Source: Cyanophora paradoxa CCMP329 (Eukaryota > Plantae > Glaucophyta). From it: DNA of 64,000 bases. A program made the translations under genes and the position numbers. The notes beneath the pieces were generated by a model. The model saw only the letters and a list, made by a program, of their open reading frames with translations, was not told the DNA's origin and searched no databases. Location of the stretch: contig QPMI01000432.1 of NCBI GenBank assembly GCA_004431415.1, positions 394,134-458,133 of the forward strand. Direction: 5' to 3'. Below, piece after piece: positions 1 to 11,280 of the stretch (position 1 is the first letter of the stretch; the number at the start of each line of letters is the position of its first letter).

Positions 1-6
1 CTCTGA

Positions 7-930
7 ATGCTAGTCCAGATGGCGATCGGCACTGTGGAGAAGTTCGTCAAGAAGTCCTCGGCGAACTTCGCGAGGTGCCGCTTTCTCGAGATTCCATACT
101 AGCACATGCACTGAACTTACCCGCGCCCGCGCCCTTCGCACCGACACCACCCGTCGCAGTGAGATCTCCGTCTTCAGCATCTGTAGGAAGCACCAGTGGT
201 ATTTTTGACATTGGTGCGCAAGGGCGCCTTTTCTGCACAGAGATACGTGGCAGTCCGACTGATGGACCCCCCTCGCAACAGGCTCGAAGTTGGGGGAGCG
301 TGGATTCACAAAGAATCTCGTGCGCGGCCGCCGCCGCCCTCCGCCCGCAACCGGCACGTGTATCATATGTCTCATGTGCTGCGCAGCCCAACTTCGGACC
401 GTCGGTCACCGTGACTGCTCAGTCTGGCGCTGACTACTCGTTCTATCGTCGTCTCTTCAACACTGGAGTGGACGAGGAGAAGGATGAGATCTCTGTTCTT
501 GACTGGAACACCGCCAACGAGCAGCAGGAGGTACGCTCGAGGCGCTCCCCGGGTCCACAGCCGCGCTGATCTCTCGCTAGACCGTCGCGCACTGGAACGC
601 GTTCATGACGCACAAGGATCTGAACTTCTTCATTGAGGCTCCGTCTATGCTCACTCCGCCTTCCAAGGAGTCTTTGGTGACGCTCCTCGAGCTCGCCGAG
701 GATCTTGGCTGCCGGAACGCCTTCATCTGTGTGGAGAAATCCAACCCGAAGCTCAGTGCGTGGCGTCGGGCCACGCGATCTCTTTATTTCGCCTTCTTAC
801 TCGTTTCGCAGGCGAGCTCCTCAGGGTGTTCATGTACCTTGGCTTCCATCTCTGCGACCCTTCTGTCATGCAGAAGGTCGTGAAGAAGGAGGTGAAGGAC
901 TACATCCTCCTGGGGTACGACCTTGAGTAA
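7..930 (+). CDS. OAZ: Ornithine decarboxylase antizyme, decoded by +1 programmed ribosomal frameshift
   Basis: Exons 7-74, 160-213, 282-319, 387-530, 581-755, 812-930, all with GT-AG introns. ORF1 MLVQMAIGTVEKFVKKSSANFASEISVFSICRKHQWYF* (38 codons). The +1 ORF2 contains SKESLVTLLELAEDLGCRNAFICVEKSNPKLSELLRVFMYLGFHL, the antizyme signature (human OAZ1 has SKDSFAVLLEFAE...VFICFHK...LLRTFSFLGF). Confidence 0.93.
197..209 (+). promoter_or_regulatory. +1 frameshift site TGG TAT TTT TGA C
   Basis: ORF1 ends W-Y-F-stop (TGA 206-208). The +1 frame starts GAC (207-209) and is continuous with the antizyme domain. The layout matches antizyme W-x-S/F-UGA sites. Confidence 0.85.
282..400 (+). promoter_or_regulatory. 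Putative 3' frameshift-stimulatory stem-loop in spliced antizyme mRNA
   Basis: CGAAGTTGGGG (285-295) pairs with C319 + CCCAACTTCG (387-396). Inner stem GGATTC (302-307)/GAATCT (313-318) with an ACAAA loop. Confidence 0.7.
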
Positions 931-1752
931 GGACCAGGTGATGGCGGTTGTGGGCGTGGGCGCGCCGGTGCGTTTGCCCTTATGAAGTGCTGGTTGCTAG
1001 GTGTAACGTGTTCTTTGCAGGTTGCCGCCTTCAGCTCGTCGTGCCGCGCGAAAGCTGCCGCTGACGAGATTGAGGACGGCGCTGGTAGCTGCCGCTTTGC
1101 AAGTCAAGTGCCGTTGGAGTGGGAGGCCTGGACGGGCGATTGTTTGGACTGAGCTTGACGAGGGGGTGCTTGAGGGGTGGGCAGAAGTAGCCCTTTTCTT
1201 CGGAATTGGCGTGAATGCCCCAATACCCTGATGCTTTTGTGTGAACCCCAGTAGCGACTCAGTCTTCTCATCGTTTGTTCGCCTTTTCATTTCGACGTAG
1301 GCCCTTGTACGCGCATTGAATGCGTCTGCTTCCCTTGTACTTTCATTTCTATCCGCCTGATCAAGCAGGCAATGTAACAGTAGCTCAAAGCACAACTTCG
1401 GCGCACGCATTGATCATAAGGGCATCATGTGCGGGTGCATGCACAATGCATGCGCGGCCCTGAAACCTGAATCCAAACCCAAGCGACACCCTCGCGTGGC
1501 TCCCGTGCACTCAAGCTCAAGTAACTTGCTGATCATGAAACTCGAAGAAAAAAACCTTTAACGCGGATGGGCGTGGCCGGGCGAAGGGCGCGTCCGGGAG
1601 GTCCCGTGAGAAGAGGGGACCCCGGGCGCGGGGAGGGCAGAGGTCGGCATCCTTTGGAAGGGCGTCCGGATCCGACGAGAAAGCGAACGAAGGGCCACGG
1701 CGGGAGGCGGAGGTAAGACTAAGCTACTGGATGATGATGACGATGACGCGGC

Positions 1753-1782
1753 GGGGCCGGGGCCGGGGCCGGGGCCGGGGCC
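1753..1782. repeat. (GGGGCC)5 microsatellite downstream of the PTB stop (probable 3' UTR)
   Basis: Five exact GGGGCC units; a shorter array occurs near 57557. Confidence 0.9.
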
Positions 1783-1908
1783 GGACTACGAAGGGCGGCG
1801 AGTGTGTGACGAGACGTCGCGAGAGGTGCGCAAGGATGACGAGAAGCGGAGGGTCGAGAGGCGGCGGCAGGGGCCGGGGAGCGGCGGGCGCCGCGCCGGG
1901 TGGACTGC

Positions 1909-4339
1909 TTAGATGGTGTTCTTGGAGAAGGCCACACGGATGTTCTGGCCATCCACCGGCTTGTTGTGCATGCTGCGCGGCCGCGTCAGGCGCGGCACGG
2001 CGGGGCGGGCCGGGCGGCGGGCGGCGGCACCTGCAGAGGGCGTCGACGGCGGGGCTCGTCTCGTAGTACTGCAGCAGGCACTGCCGCCGGTTGTTCGTCC
2101 TGCGCGGGCGCGTCAGGCACAGGCGCAGCGGGCCGGGCCGGGCTGGGCGGTGCGCACTCGAAGAACTTGAGGTTGGCGCAGTTGCCGAAGGGCGCGAACG
2201 CCTCCATGATAGACTCCTTGGTGATCGACGGGGCGAGGTTGGAGAGGTGGAGCATCGGGCCCGGCGCGCAGATGTGCTTGTACTGCGTGCTGACGTCGGC
2301 TTGGGCGCCGCGAAGGGGCGCGGGGCCGCGAACGTTCTTCTGCGCGTTCTTGACGAAGCGATTGAGAGGGGAGTGAGTGTAATCGCGGGTGTTGGTGTCC
2401 TGGCCGGAGGCGTCGGGGCCGGACTGGATGTACGAGTACTTGGAGTAATTCACGTCGATCTGCCGTGCCGAGGCGCGACGAGTAAGTAAGAGACGAAGGC
2501 GCGGGGTCGCGCGCGGCCGGCCGGCGCGGGGCGGGGCGACGGCAGCAGACCTGGTGGCCGAACATGGTGACGTTCTTGAGGTAGGTGAGCGCGAAGGTGG
2601 ACTGGAGGTTGTCGCCCATCTGCCGAGCGGGTCAGAAGGCGGAGCCGGCGGGGCGGAGCCGGCGGGGCGGGCGTGCCTGGATCAGGGCGTGGTCGCGCTT
2701 GTTGTGGAGGATCTTGATGCGGACGATGTTGCCGTAGTTGGAGAAGAGGTTGAAGAGGGCGTCGCAGTCGGTCTTCTCGGCGTTCAGGTTCGACACGAGC
2801 AGGGTGGAGCGGTCGGTGCCGAAGAGGGGCGACGTCATGAGCTGCGGGGCGATGTTGGCGCCCGGCGGGCCCATTGAGGCCGTGCTGAACGTCTGGGCCG
2901 TGAGCAGCTGCTGCATGAGCTGCGGGTTGATCACGCCCGAGGCCGCCAGCTGAGTCAGCTGCTGGACCTGGAGCGGGTTCAGCTGCCCCACCGCCAGCTG
3001 GCACGCGCGTCAGGAGGAAGGCGCTCACGTGTTGCGGGGATGCGCTCACGGGGTTGAAGAGGCCCGTGTTGCCAGCGACGCCGGCCGCGGCGGCCGCGGC
3101 GGCAGCGGCGGCCGCGTTGGCGTTCTGGCCCTGGGAGCCCTGGCCACCGCCGCCTCCCTGCTGGCGCGGGGGGGCCTCGGTGGGCAGATTCGGGTTCGTG
3201 AAGTCCCTGGATGGACCATCAGACAAAGGCGCTGCGATCGCGGCCGGAGCAGGGCGGACCGAGTCTTGTCCGTGTTGTGGTGCACGGTGAGCTGCTGGAG
3301 GTTGGAGAACTGGATGTGGAGGGTGCAGGAGCCAGCGTAGATGTTCTGGCCCTGCAAGCGCAGCGTCAGCGGCGTCGCGGAACGCACGGAAGGCGATGCG
3401 GACCTGGAGACGGTTCTTAGCCTCGACAGCGCTCTGGAGAACGGAGTACTGAACGAGCGCCTGGAGGCCTGCACGGGGATTCAGCGCAGGCGGAGGGGCT
3501 CGGGCTGGAAAACGACTCGGTCGGACCAGCGCTCTTCTGGAAGATGACGATCTTCTCAATGCTGCCGTACGGCGAGAAGACCTGGTTGAGAACATCGACA
3601 GTGATGGGGTAGAGGGGGTTCGAGATGGTGACGAGGAGGATGCGATTCGGCGGCGCCTCCTGCTGCTGCCCACGCGGGCCGCCCTGCTCCTGCCATCGGG
3701 TTGAGAAAATAGCACGAGCGGGTACGATTCATGAATGTCTCACATCAGACGGGGCGCTGGACGGGTTGCGCGACTCGCCAGTGAGCTCCTGGTGCGAGCT
3801 GTACTGCGCATACACGACGCGACCACTGCACGCGGACGTAAGCGTCGAACGGCCAGGAGACGGATCATACAAGCTAACCGGATGGACGCAGGCACGTTGG
3901 AGTAGTAGGTGATGAGGTTCACAGCCGAGTTGAGATCCGCCATCTGAACCAGCGCCTGGCCCTTGGTGCGGAGCAGGAGCACTTGCTGCGGGTCGCCAAG
4001 ATACGTCAGGAATCGACCGTGACACGGCAAAATCGCCACGGGCTCGCGGCGGGAAGCATATTTGGCCGACGGACCTGCACAGCGCCGAATGGAGCGCAGA
4101 GCGCCGTGAGCTCGGCCTGCGGGGGGCGGGCGGGAAAGCCCATGTCAGGAGATGCCTAGACTATCGATCGGGCAGGGGCTCGCGCGTGTCCGACGTAAGC
4201 GGCGGCGAGTCGGTGACGCGAGCGGATTAGGGCGACCGGAGGCAGCCATTCGCACCTGAGTAACATCCGGACCGATCGAACGCCAATGCACCACGCGGCT
4301 GGGGACGTTGGCGCTGGCCTTCTCAGCGGGGGCAGCCAT
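1909..4339 (-). CDS. PTB: Polypyrimidine tract-binding protein / hnRNP L family, 4 RRMs
   Basis: Spliced motifs PSRVVH..., PPNRILLVTISNPLYPITVDVLNQVFSPYG, QGQNIYAGSCTLHIQFS, TLLVSNLNAEKTDCDALFNLFSNYGNIVRIKIL, MLHLSNL...IRVAFSKNTI*. Confidence 0.93.
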
Positions 4340-4589
4340 TGTTCAGAGAAGGGGATGGAGAAGAAGGGAAAAGGCCCGCGGGAGGTTGCGGGACCAAGAG
4401 CAGCTGGGAGGAGGGGGCCAGAGGCCTGGAAACCAGCCGCTCACACCACACCGACTGGGGTACACCGAGCAGTCAGTCTTGCGTACCCCTCGCCGACGGG
4501 TTCCGAGGGTTCGAGGCTCCGCTCGGAATCGTTTCCTGCATGAAGGAACTGTTCCGCTCGTGCGTTTGAAGCAACGCCACGCGGTCCAT

Positions 4590-6908
4590 ATGGTGCGGCC
4601 CCGCGCGCCAGCGATCAAATGCCGTCCCTCGAAGTTCCCCGTTCGTCCGCGCGTCCTCTCTGACGCGCATTCGCAGTCCTGGGACTGGGCTGGTCGCTTC
4701 CTGTATGGCGCGAACGAGGATCTCGGCCTTGCATGCGGGCAGCTCCAGGACGGCACGCCGGTGGCGCTCGCTCAGTTGTCCGTGTCGCGCCCTCCACGCG
4801 CGCTCGCGCATTGATTAGACCGACGGCGCGGTCGGCGCACGTCGCGCGGAGCGCTTGCGCCCCCCCATCCCGTCACCGCCCGCTCAGCGCCGCGTGCATT
4901 CAACCCCGCCTTCGCGCAGACCATACGTCCTCTCCATCTCCGGAACATGCGGATTTGGCGAACTCCTGGTACGATGCGCCGGCGCCCCGAACCAGTCCCT
5001 TGAGGGACAGCGGCGGGATGACATCGCTTCATTTAATTTCTCGCTTTTTATTTCGCAGGCGTACCTACGCTCAGAGGACACTCACATTGGCTTCACGCTA
5101 ACGCTCCACTTCGTTCCGAGTGACTCCAGTCTAGCTGATGTGCGCTGATCGGACTGCGCGGCGCGGCGCCCCCGCCCACGTGCGAGGCGCGGCTCAGGTG
5201 TTCGTCCACCGACTGGAGGCGAAAGAGGAGGCGGCGGCCGTCGAGCTGCTGACGGGAGAGAAGCTGTACTTGGTCCCTACCCCGCTGCTGGCCGCTGAGA
5301 TTCCGTTCCTCGGGGACGAGGTGCGATCCCCCGCGCCCCGCGCCGTGGAGTCGAAATTTGATCCGAGCGCGCGCGGGGGGGCAGCTGCAAAGGAGACCGG
5401 CGCACCATCGCCCGCACCTCATCGCCGTCGCGGCCGCCCGCAAGGCGGGGCGGTCGGTCGCGCGGCCCGCCACGCCGCCCCCGCCGCACGCCGGCCACGT
5501 GCGGCCCGAGGATGCATATGGCGACTATGCATACGAGGTGGCCTTGCTCGCGCTACCGCCCCCTCGCATGGCTGCTCAGCTTTCCCGCGCCGCAGGACAC
5601 CGCAGCGGAGGCAGAGGCGGCGGCGCGGGAGCAGACGTACGCGAAGCCGGCGGGGCTGCAGGCGGCTTCCCCGCTGGGGACTCCGCTGGAGGGGCCCGGC
5701 GAAGGCGAAGGCGACGGGGACGGCGAGGGGGACGGGGAGTACATGGAAGGGTTCGAGGAGGGCACCTGCTCCCCCGCCTACGCCCTGGGCGAGAGCGCCG
5801 GGGACGACGTCGACGGGCCCCACACGCCCTCGCCCCCGCCGATGCCCTTCGCGCGCCCCGCCGTGGTCATCCCGGAGTCGGTCGCCAAGCCGCGGCCGCT
5901 CCCGCGCGCGCCCCACCCCGCCTTCCGCAGCCCTTCCCCCGCTCGCGAGCGCGAGCGCCGCCCGTCCTCGCCCCCGCCCCCGCCCGAGCGGAAGCTTTCC
6001 TCCGGCCCCGCGCCGGGCTCGGATGCCCCCGTTCACGTCACGGGTACAGTCACGTTCCGGCATTCTGCGGGCCGCTTCGTGCGTGGGTCCTACCCCTCTA
6101 GATCTCGCGTCGTGCCGCCCCCGACGTGCCCCGCCCCGCCACGGGCCCCGCAGGCCTTCGTCGAGTGCGACAAAGACTCGCCGTGCGCGCCTCCTGCTCG
6201 CCCGCCCCTTAGCGGAGCGCGGCGCGACTCGGCGGCGGCGCAGGCGGCCGGCGCCGCGCTTCGTGTTCGTGCCGGGGCCCGTCGTCTCGCGCTTCCGGCT
6301 CAGCGTGGGGGACCGCGTCGAGGGCGAGGCCAGCCGCCGCGCCCGGGACGACAAGGGGTACCCCCTCCTCCAGTTCGTCCGCGAGGTCGGCCGGGCTCGC
6401 CGGCACTCGCCGCCCCCGCCCCGCCGCCCCCGCCCCGCCCCCGGCTCCCGCTCCCGCTCCCGCTCCCGCTCCCGCTCCCCGCCCCGCCTCCGGAAGGGCC
6501 TCCGGCGCTCCCGCCGCCCCCGCGCCGGCCCCGCAGCCGGAGCCGCAGCCGGAGCCGCGGGAGCAGCCGCGGGCGCTTCGGAAAGCGCTCGCGCAGCCCG
6601 CGGCGCTCTGCCTCGCCGCCCCTCCGGTGCCCGCCCGCCCGGGCCCGCCCCGCACCGCTCTCGATCCCGCCGCTGACCCGCCTTCCCGCCACTTCGTGCG
6701 CAGGGACCGAGGCCGATCGCCCCCGCGGCCCGCAGCCGCTCGCCGCCCCTCAGGCGGCGCGAGGGCGGCCCGCCGCCGGCGCGGGCCCGGCCCGGGCCCC
6801 GCTCGCCGCCCCCGCCGCGACGGGCCCACAGCCCGATCGACAGCCGCTGAGTCCTCCATGTACAGTCGCGCCATAGTATCATCGTGCTTGCTTGAGCTCG
6901 CCCTGTAA
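4590..6908 (+). CDS. Putative RNA-processing protein: N-terminal SPOC-like domain, cold-shock/OB-like domain, RS-rich tail
   Basis: Spliced N-terminus SWDWAGRFL...LPYVLSISG...LLAYL...LHFVPSD...FVHRLEAKEEAAAVELLTGEKLYLVP resembles the FPA/Spen SPOC pattern. VTGTVTFRHSAGRF|AFVECD...FVFVPGPVVSRFRLSVGDRVEGE is OB-like. RSRSRS runs follow. The 3' end is approximate. Confidence 0.65.
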
Positions 6909-6964
6909 ATTACTAGGACACTAGTACTCTACTACCCGCACGATCGCGAGCAAGGGGCGCCGCC

Positions 6965-7941
6965 TCAGTCGTCGTAGTCCTCCCTGCGAACGAAGCGAGC
7001 GGCGTGAGCCTCGAGCTCGGAGAAGGCTGTAGCCCGCTGGGGCGGGCCCGGGGCGGGCCCGGGGGGGGGCGGGGGCACCAGCGCTCGGCGTCGAGGTCCT
7101 CGAAGAGGGCGGGGTTCCCCTTGTGCTTGTGGAAGAAGTTGATGAAGCCGCCCTGCTTACACGAGGCGGCGGTCAGAGCTAGGAGTTAGGAGGTAGGCGG
7201 GTCTCGGCAGGCGGATCCGAAGCTTAAGCCAGCTGCAGAAGGGGTGGAGCATGCGCAGGGCGGAGCTCGAGCTATAATTAGCGGGGGGTGGTTGGGCTTG
7301 CCCGTACGTACCTTTAGGATGGCGGTCTGGACCTTGGCGCTGGGCGCGCGTGCGGAGAGCTCGCGGGCGAAGCGCATGGCGCAGGAGGGCCCGCGCTGCT
7401 GCGAGTACATGCAGTGGAAGACCAGAACGTCGTGGTTCTGCGGGGGCGGGGCGAGATTAGCTGAATTAGCTGAGTTAGCCGCGCATGCGGCGTTCGTCCT
7501 CTTGTGCGCGGCCTCTGGGCCGGGCGCCGCGCGTGCGTGCCTTGAACCGCTCCACAAGGTTCGAAACCCTGCGCCGCGCGCGCGCCGCACTTCGATCAGG
7601 GCGGTGGCAGAGCGATGGATGGAGGGACGCGCGTGCGCACTTATCGTCGAACTCTTGGGAAGGCACCTGCACATTGCGGCGGTGCGGGTCAGCGCGCCGC
7701 GCGGCCCGGCGGATTGCCACGTTGAGGAGCGCGCGCGGAGAGCGGGGGGCTCACGTGCAAGCTGCCGCGGATGTGGCCACCGACCCGGTCGTAGTCGCGC
7801 ACATCAATGATCTTCGATGAGAGCCTCAGACAAGGCCGTCGCGCGGCGCCGCTCGGCCGCGAGCGCAGCGCTCACCGCAAAGCGCCGGCTCCCGCCGCTC
7901 GCCACGAGGTCCGCAACCTCCTCTGGTGTAACATACGACAT
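6965..7941 (-). CDS. Cdc25-like rhodanese phosphatase / ACR2-type arsenate reductase
   Basis: IIDVRDYDRVGGHIRGS, NVPSQEF, active-site VFHCMYSQQRGPSCA (HCX5R), GGFINF; ends WEDYDD*. Confidence 0.9.
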
Positions 7942-8343
7942 CGCCTGCGCACGGGCGATCGGTCGGTCGGCCCCGGCGCCGAGGCTGCCGCCGCTTGGAT
8001 TGGGTGCCAGCTGAGCGCTGAGCGGAGCAGTGGCTGCGCGCTGGCCGCGCTCACGACCCTCTAGAGACGCCAAACAACCCCCGCGCGCGCCGCCGCACCA
8101 TCTGCGTCTGCTGGGGCCAGCGGGCGGGCGCGCCACGCACGACGGGCGATACCCGACGAAGAGAACTTCCTAGATGCGGCAATGCACCTACGAAGAGGGC
8201 GCTCTGCTGCGGCTGCGGGGCGCGGCGCATCCACTCGCGGGGGGTAGGGCCGCCAAGGCTCCCTCATACGACCTTCGGCGGACTTCTCTGATATAGGCTT
8301 CTCCGATCGGCAAGTGCGCTGTTGAAGCGTGCGGGAGGCTCGC

Positions 8344-10896
8344 ATGCAGCCGCGGGTCTTCAAGTCCAGCCTCTTCGGGGACGTGCGGCGCTTTGCCCTC
8401 GAGCAGCCGACCTACGCGAACCTGCGGGCAACGATTGAGCGCATTCACGGGCTTCAGCAGAATGGACTTCAAATTAAGGTTCGGGGCTCCTGTGCTTCGG
8501 CTCTGCGCGCTTGATCAATTTCTCGGCGGGTCGCCTGACGCTCACTGCCGCCTCGCAGTACGTTGATGAGGAGGGAGACGAGGTACGCATTAAATGAGTA
8601 TTTCCTCGCACTCTTAGCGCGCCCCGCGCTCGATCGGCTGCGTACGTCGCCGGACGGCACTGGCTTCGTCTGAAACTTGCCTCCGCGCGCGCCCCCAGGT
8701 CCTTATCTCTTCCGAGGAGGAACTTGTTGAGGCTATTCGCATCAGCGAGGTCCTTTCCAACGGCGTGGTGAAGCTCAAGCTGGAACCCGCCCAGCAAGCC
8801 GCCCGAGATGCACAAGGCCCTCAGCAGCAACCCGCGGCCGTTCCCGCAGCTCCTCAGCCAGCACCCGCAACCGCTTCCACGGCTCCTGGAGACCAAGCCA
8901 CGGGTTCGGCCGCGCGGCCTCAGCAGTCCGTCGGGGCTAGCCTCGACGGCCTGCGCGAGAGCATCTCTGCCGCATACGGCTCTCTCTCCGACGAGCTGAC
9001 GCGGCAAATCAACATGTCCAGCCTCGGCCCGGCCGTCTCGCACGTGCAGGCGTCCATGCGCGCCATCCAGAATGCGGCGCCGGGCCTCGTGCAGGGCGCC
9101 ATCGCCGCCGCCAGCGCCGCCGCCGCGGACTCGTCGGCACCGCAGCGGGCGGCGCACCTGGCGCAGGCGGCGCAGCTGCTGGGCCAGGTTCCCGCTCTTG
9201 TAGGAGCCGTCGCCGGCCCCGCCATCAACAACGTCCTCTCGAGCCTCCCAAACGTCCGCCCGCCCTCCATGCGCGCCCTGCTCTCCGCTTCGCGCACGCG
9301 CTGATCTTTTCCGGCCGGCTGCGTCAGACGCAAGAGGGGTGGCGCCAGCTCGCCCAGCAGTCCGCGGAGCAAGCGCAGGTGCGCCTGCGCTTGCTCTTGC
9401 TTGCCCCAAGCGCGCGCCACCGCGCGCCCACGCCCACGCCGGCTCGCGCAGCGCCTCTCGGCGGCGGCAAACACGATCGCGGCGGAGGCGGGGGAGGCGG
9501 CGCGCCGCGCCGCCGGCGCCGCGGGGCCCGTCGCTCTGGAGGCCCTCGGCCGCGTCACCGCGGCGGCCGCCGCCTCCCCCGCCGTACGCCCGCGCCCCTT
9601 CTCTCCACGCTCTTGGTTTAGGTCTCTGACGGGCCGCGCGCGCGCAGGCGCGGGCGGGCCTGGCGGCGGCCGCGCCCTCCATCGCGAGCCTCCTCGCCGG
9701 CGTCATGGGCGCCATGCAGCCTCAGCCGCAGCCTCAGCCGGCTCAGCCGGCTCAGCCGGCTCAGGCGGCGGCCTTCCACCCGGCTGCCCCCGCGGCTCCA
9801 CCGGCCCCGGCTCCTGCCCCGGCGCCGGCGGCGGGGCTGTACCCGCAGCTGGGCGCGCGGGCGGAGGCGATGCGGGCGCGCCCCTCGGACGACGCGCTGA
9901 TCGAGGAGGCCTTTGCCGAGCTCCTCCGCGCACAGTGCGCGGCCGCCCCCGCCCCGCCCCTCTAAGCAACGCTTTGGTCTGGCCTAGCCTTTGACCTAGC
10001 CTAGGCGGCCCCCGCCCCACCCCGCCACGCCCCGCCACGCCACGCCACGCAGCGCAAAGCTTTTGCCTGGCGTAGCTCACTTTGCTTTGCGCCATGCAGG
10101 AACGCAGCCGCGGCGGTGGCGGCCCCGGCGGCTGCGGCGGCGCCACCCGCCGCGGGATCTGCGCCGGCTGCGGGCGGCCCCGGGGCGCCCATGTGCTCCT
10201 TCCGGGCCGACGTCACCATCCCCGACGGAACCACCCTCTCCCCAGGCCAAGAGTTCACCAAGGCACGCGCCGCCTGTACCCCCCCTCGCGCCTTACCCCG
10301 CCCAGCGGCGCCGGCTTACCTACCCCCTCCCCTCGCAGATCTGGCGCCTTGCGAACACGGGCCCCTGCGACTGGGCGGCCGACTGGGCCCTTACTTTTTC
10401 GGGGGGGCACCCGTTAGGTGCGCGCGCGTGTGTGTACCCCCTCCCTTGGACCGTCCCCCGACCCTGCGCAGGCGCCGAGGTCGGGGCGAGGGTGCCGCTG
10501 GGGCGGGTCGTACCCCCCGGCCAAGAGATCGAGGTACCTGTCTGCCTCCGAGCGCCCCTCACCCCAGGCTCGCCCACATCCTCCCAACGCCTCTTCCGCC
10601 CCTCCAATCTGAGCGGGGCGCGCGCAGGGGAGTACCGGGGCGAGTGGCGGATGTCGACGGCCGCTGGCCCCGCGCAGCCGTTCGGCGCGCGCGTCTGGGT
10701 CTCCGTCCGCGTCGCCCCTGGCGGCAACGTTAACGCGAGGCCGGCCCCTCCGCCGGGGACGAGCGCGGTGGTCTTCGAGGCGCTGCTGGGGCAGCTGGCG
10801 GCGATGGGCTTCGAGGACGCGGCGGCCAACGCGGAGGCGCTGCGGACCACGGGCTGCGACCTCGCCGCCGCCGTCGACCGCCTCGCCGGGCCCTGA
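8344..10896 (+). CDS. NBR1: NBR1-like selective autophagy receptor (PB1 - FW/NBR1 - UBA)
   Basis: PB1: FKSSLFGDVRRF...IK|YVDEEGDE|VLISSEEELVEAI. FW domain: DVTIPDGTTLSPGQEFTK|IWRLANTGPCDW...PGEYRGEWRM...PFGARVWVSVRV. UBA: QLAAMGFEDAAANAEALRTTGCDLAAAVDRL. Confidence 0.85.
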
Positions 10897-11280
10897 GCCG
10901 CCCCTGCGCCGCGCGCTGCGAGCCCGGCCCGGCCCCCTGACCCTTGAAGGCTTCAGGCTTGATAATCCGATGATCGATATCAATGAATCTGTACAGCCGG
11001 GTAGCCTTCGGGCCGCCCTTCCTCTGCCTTGTAACCCTGCGCCCCCCCCCCGCCCGCGCCCTATGGTCCCCCCACGATCCCGCGCTTTTTGCATCAAAGA
11101 AAGCGCGTCGCGTTGATCAGAGTAAGCACAGAGCGGCGAGAGAAGGCTACCTACAGCTACGCGCGAGCCGCTAAACCGCGGAGAACCTACGGGCTAGAGG
11201 GGGTCCGATGTCCGGAAACGAAATGTAAAGATGACGCTACAAAGCGGGAAGCCCAGCTATAGCGGTCTTGGAAAACTCTC

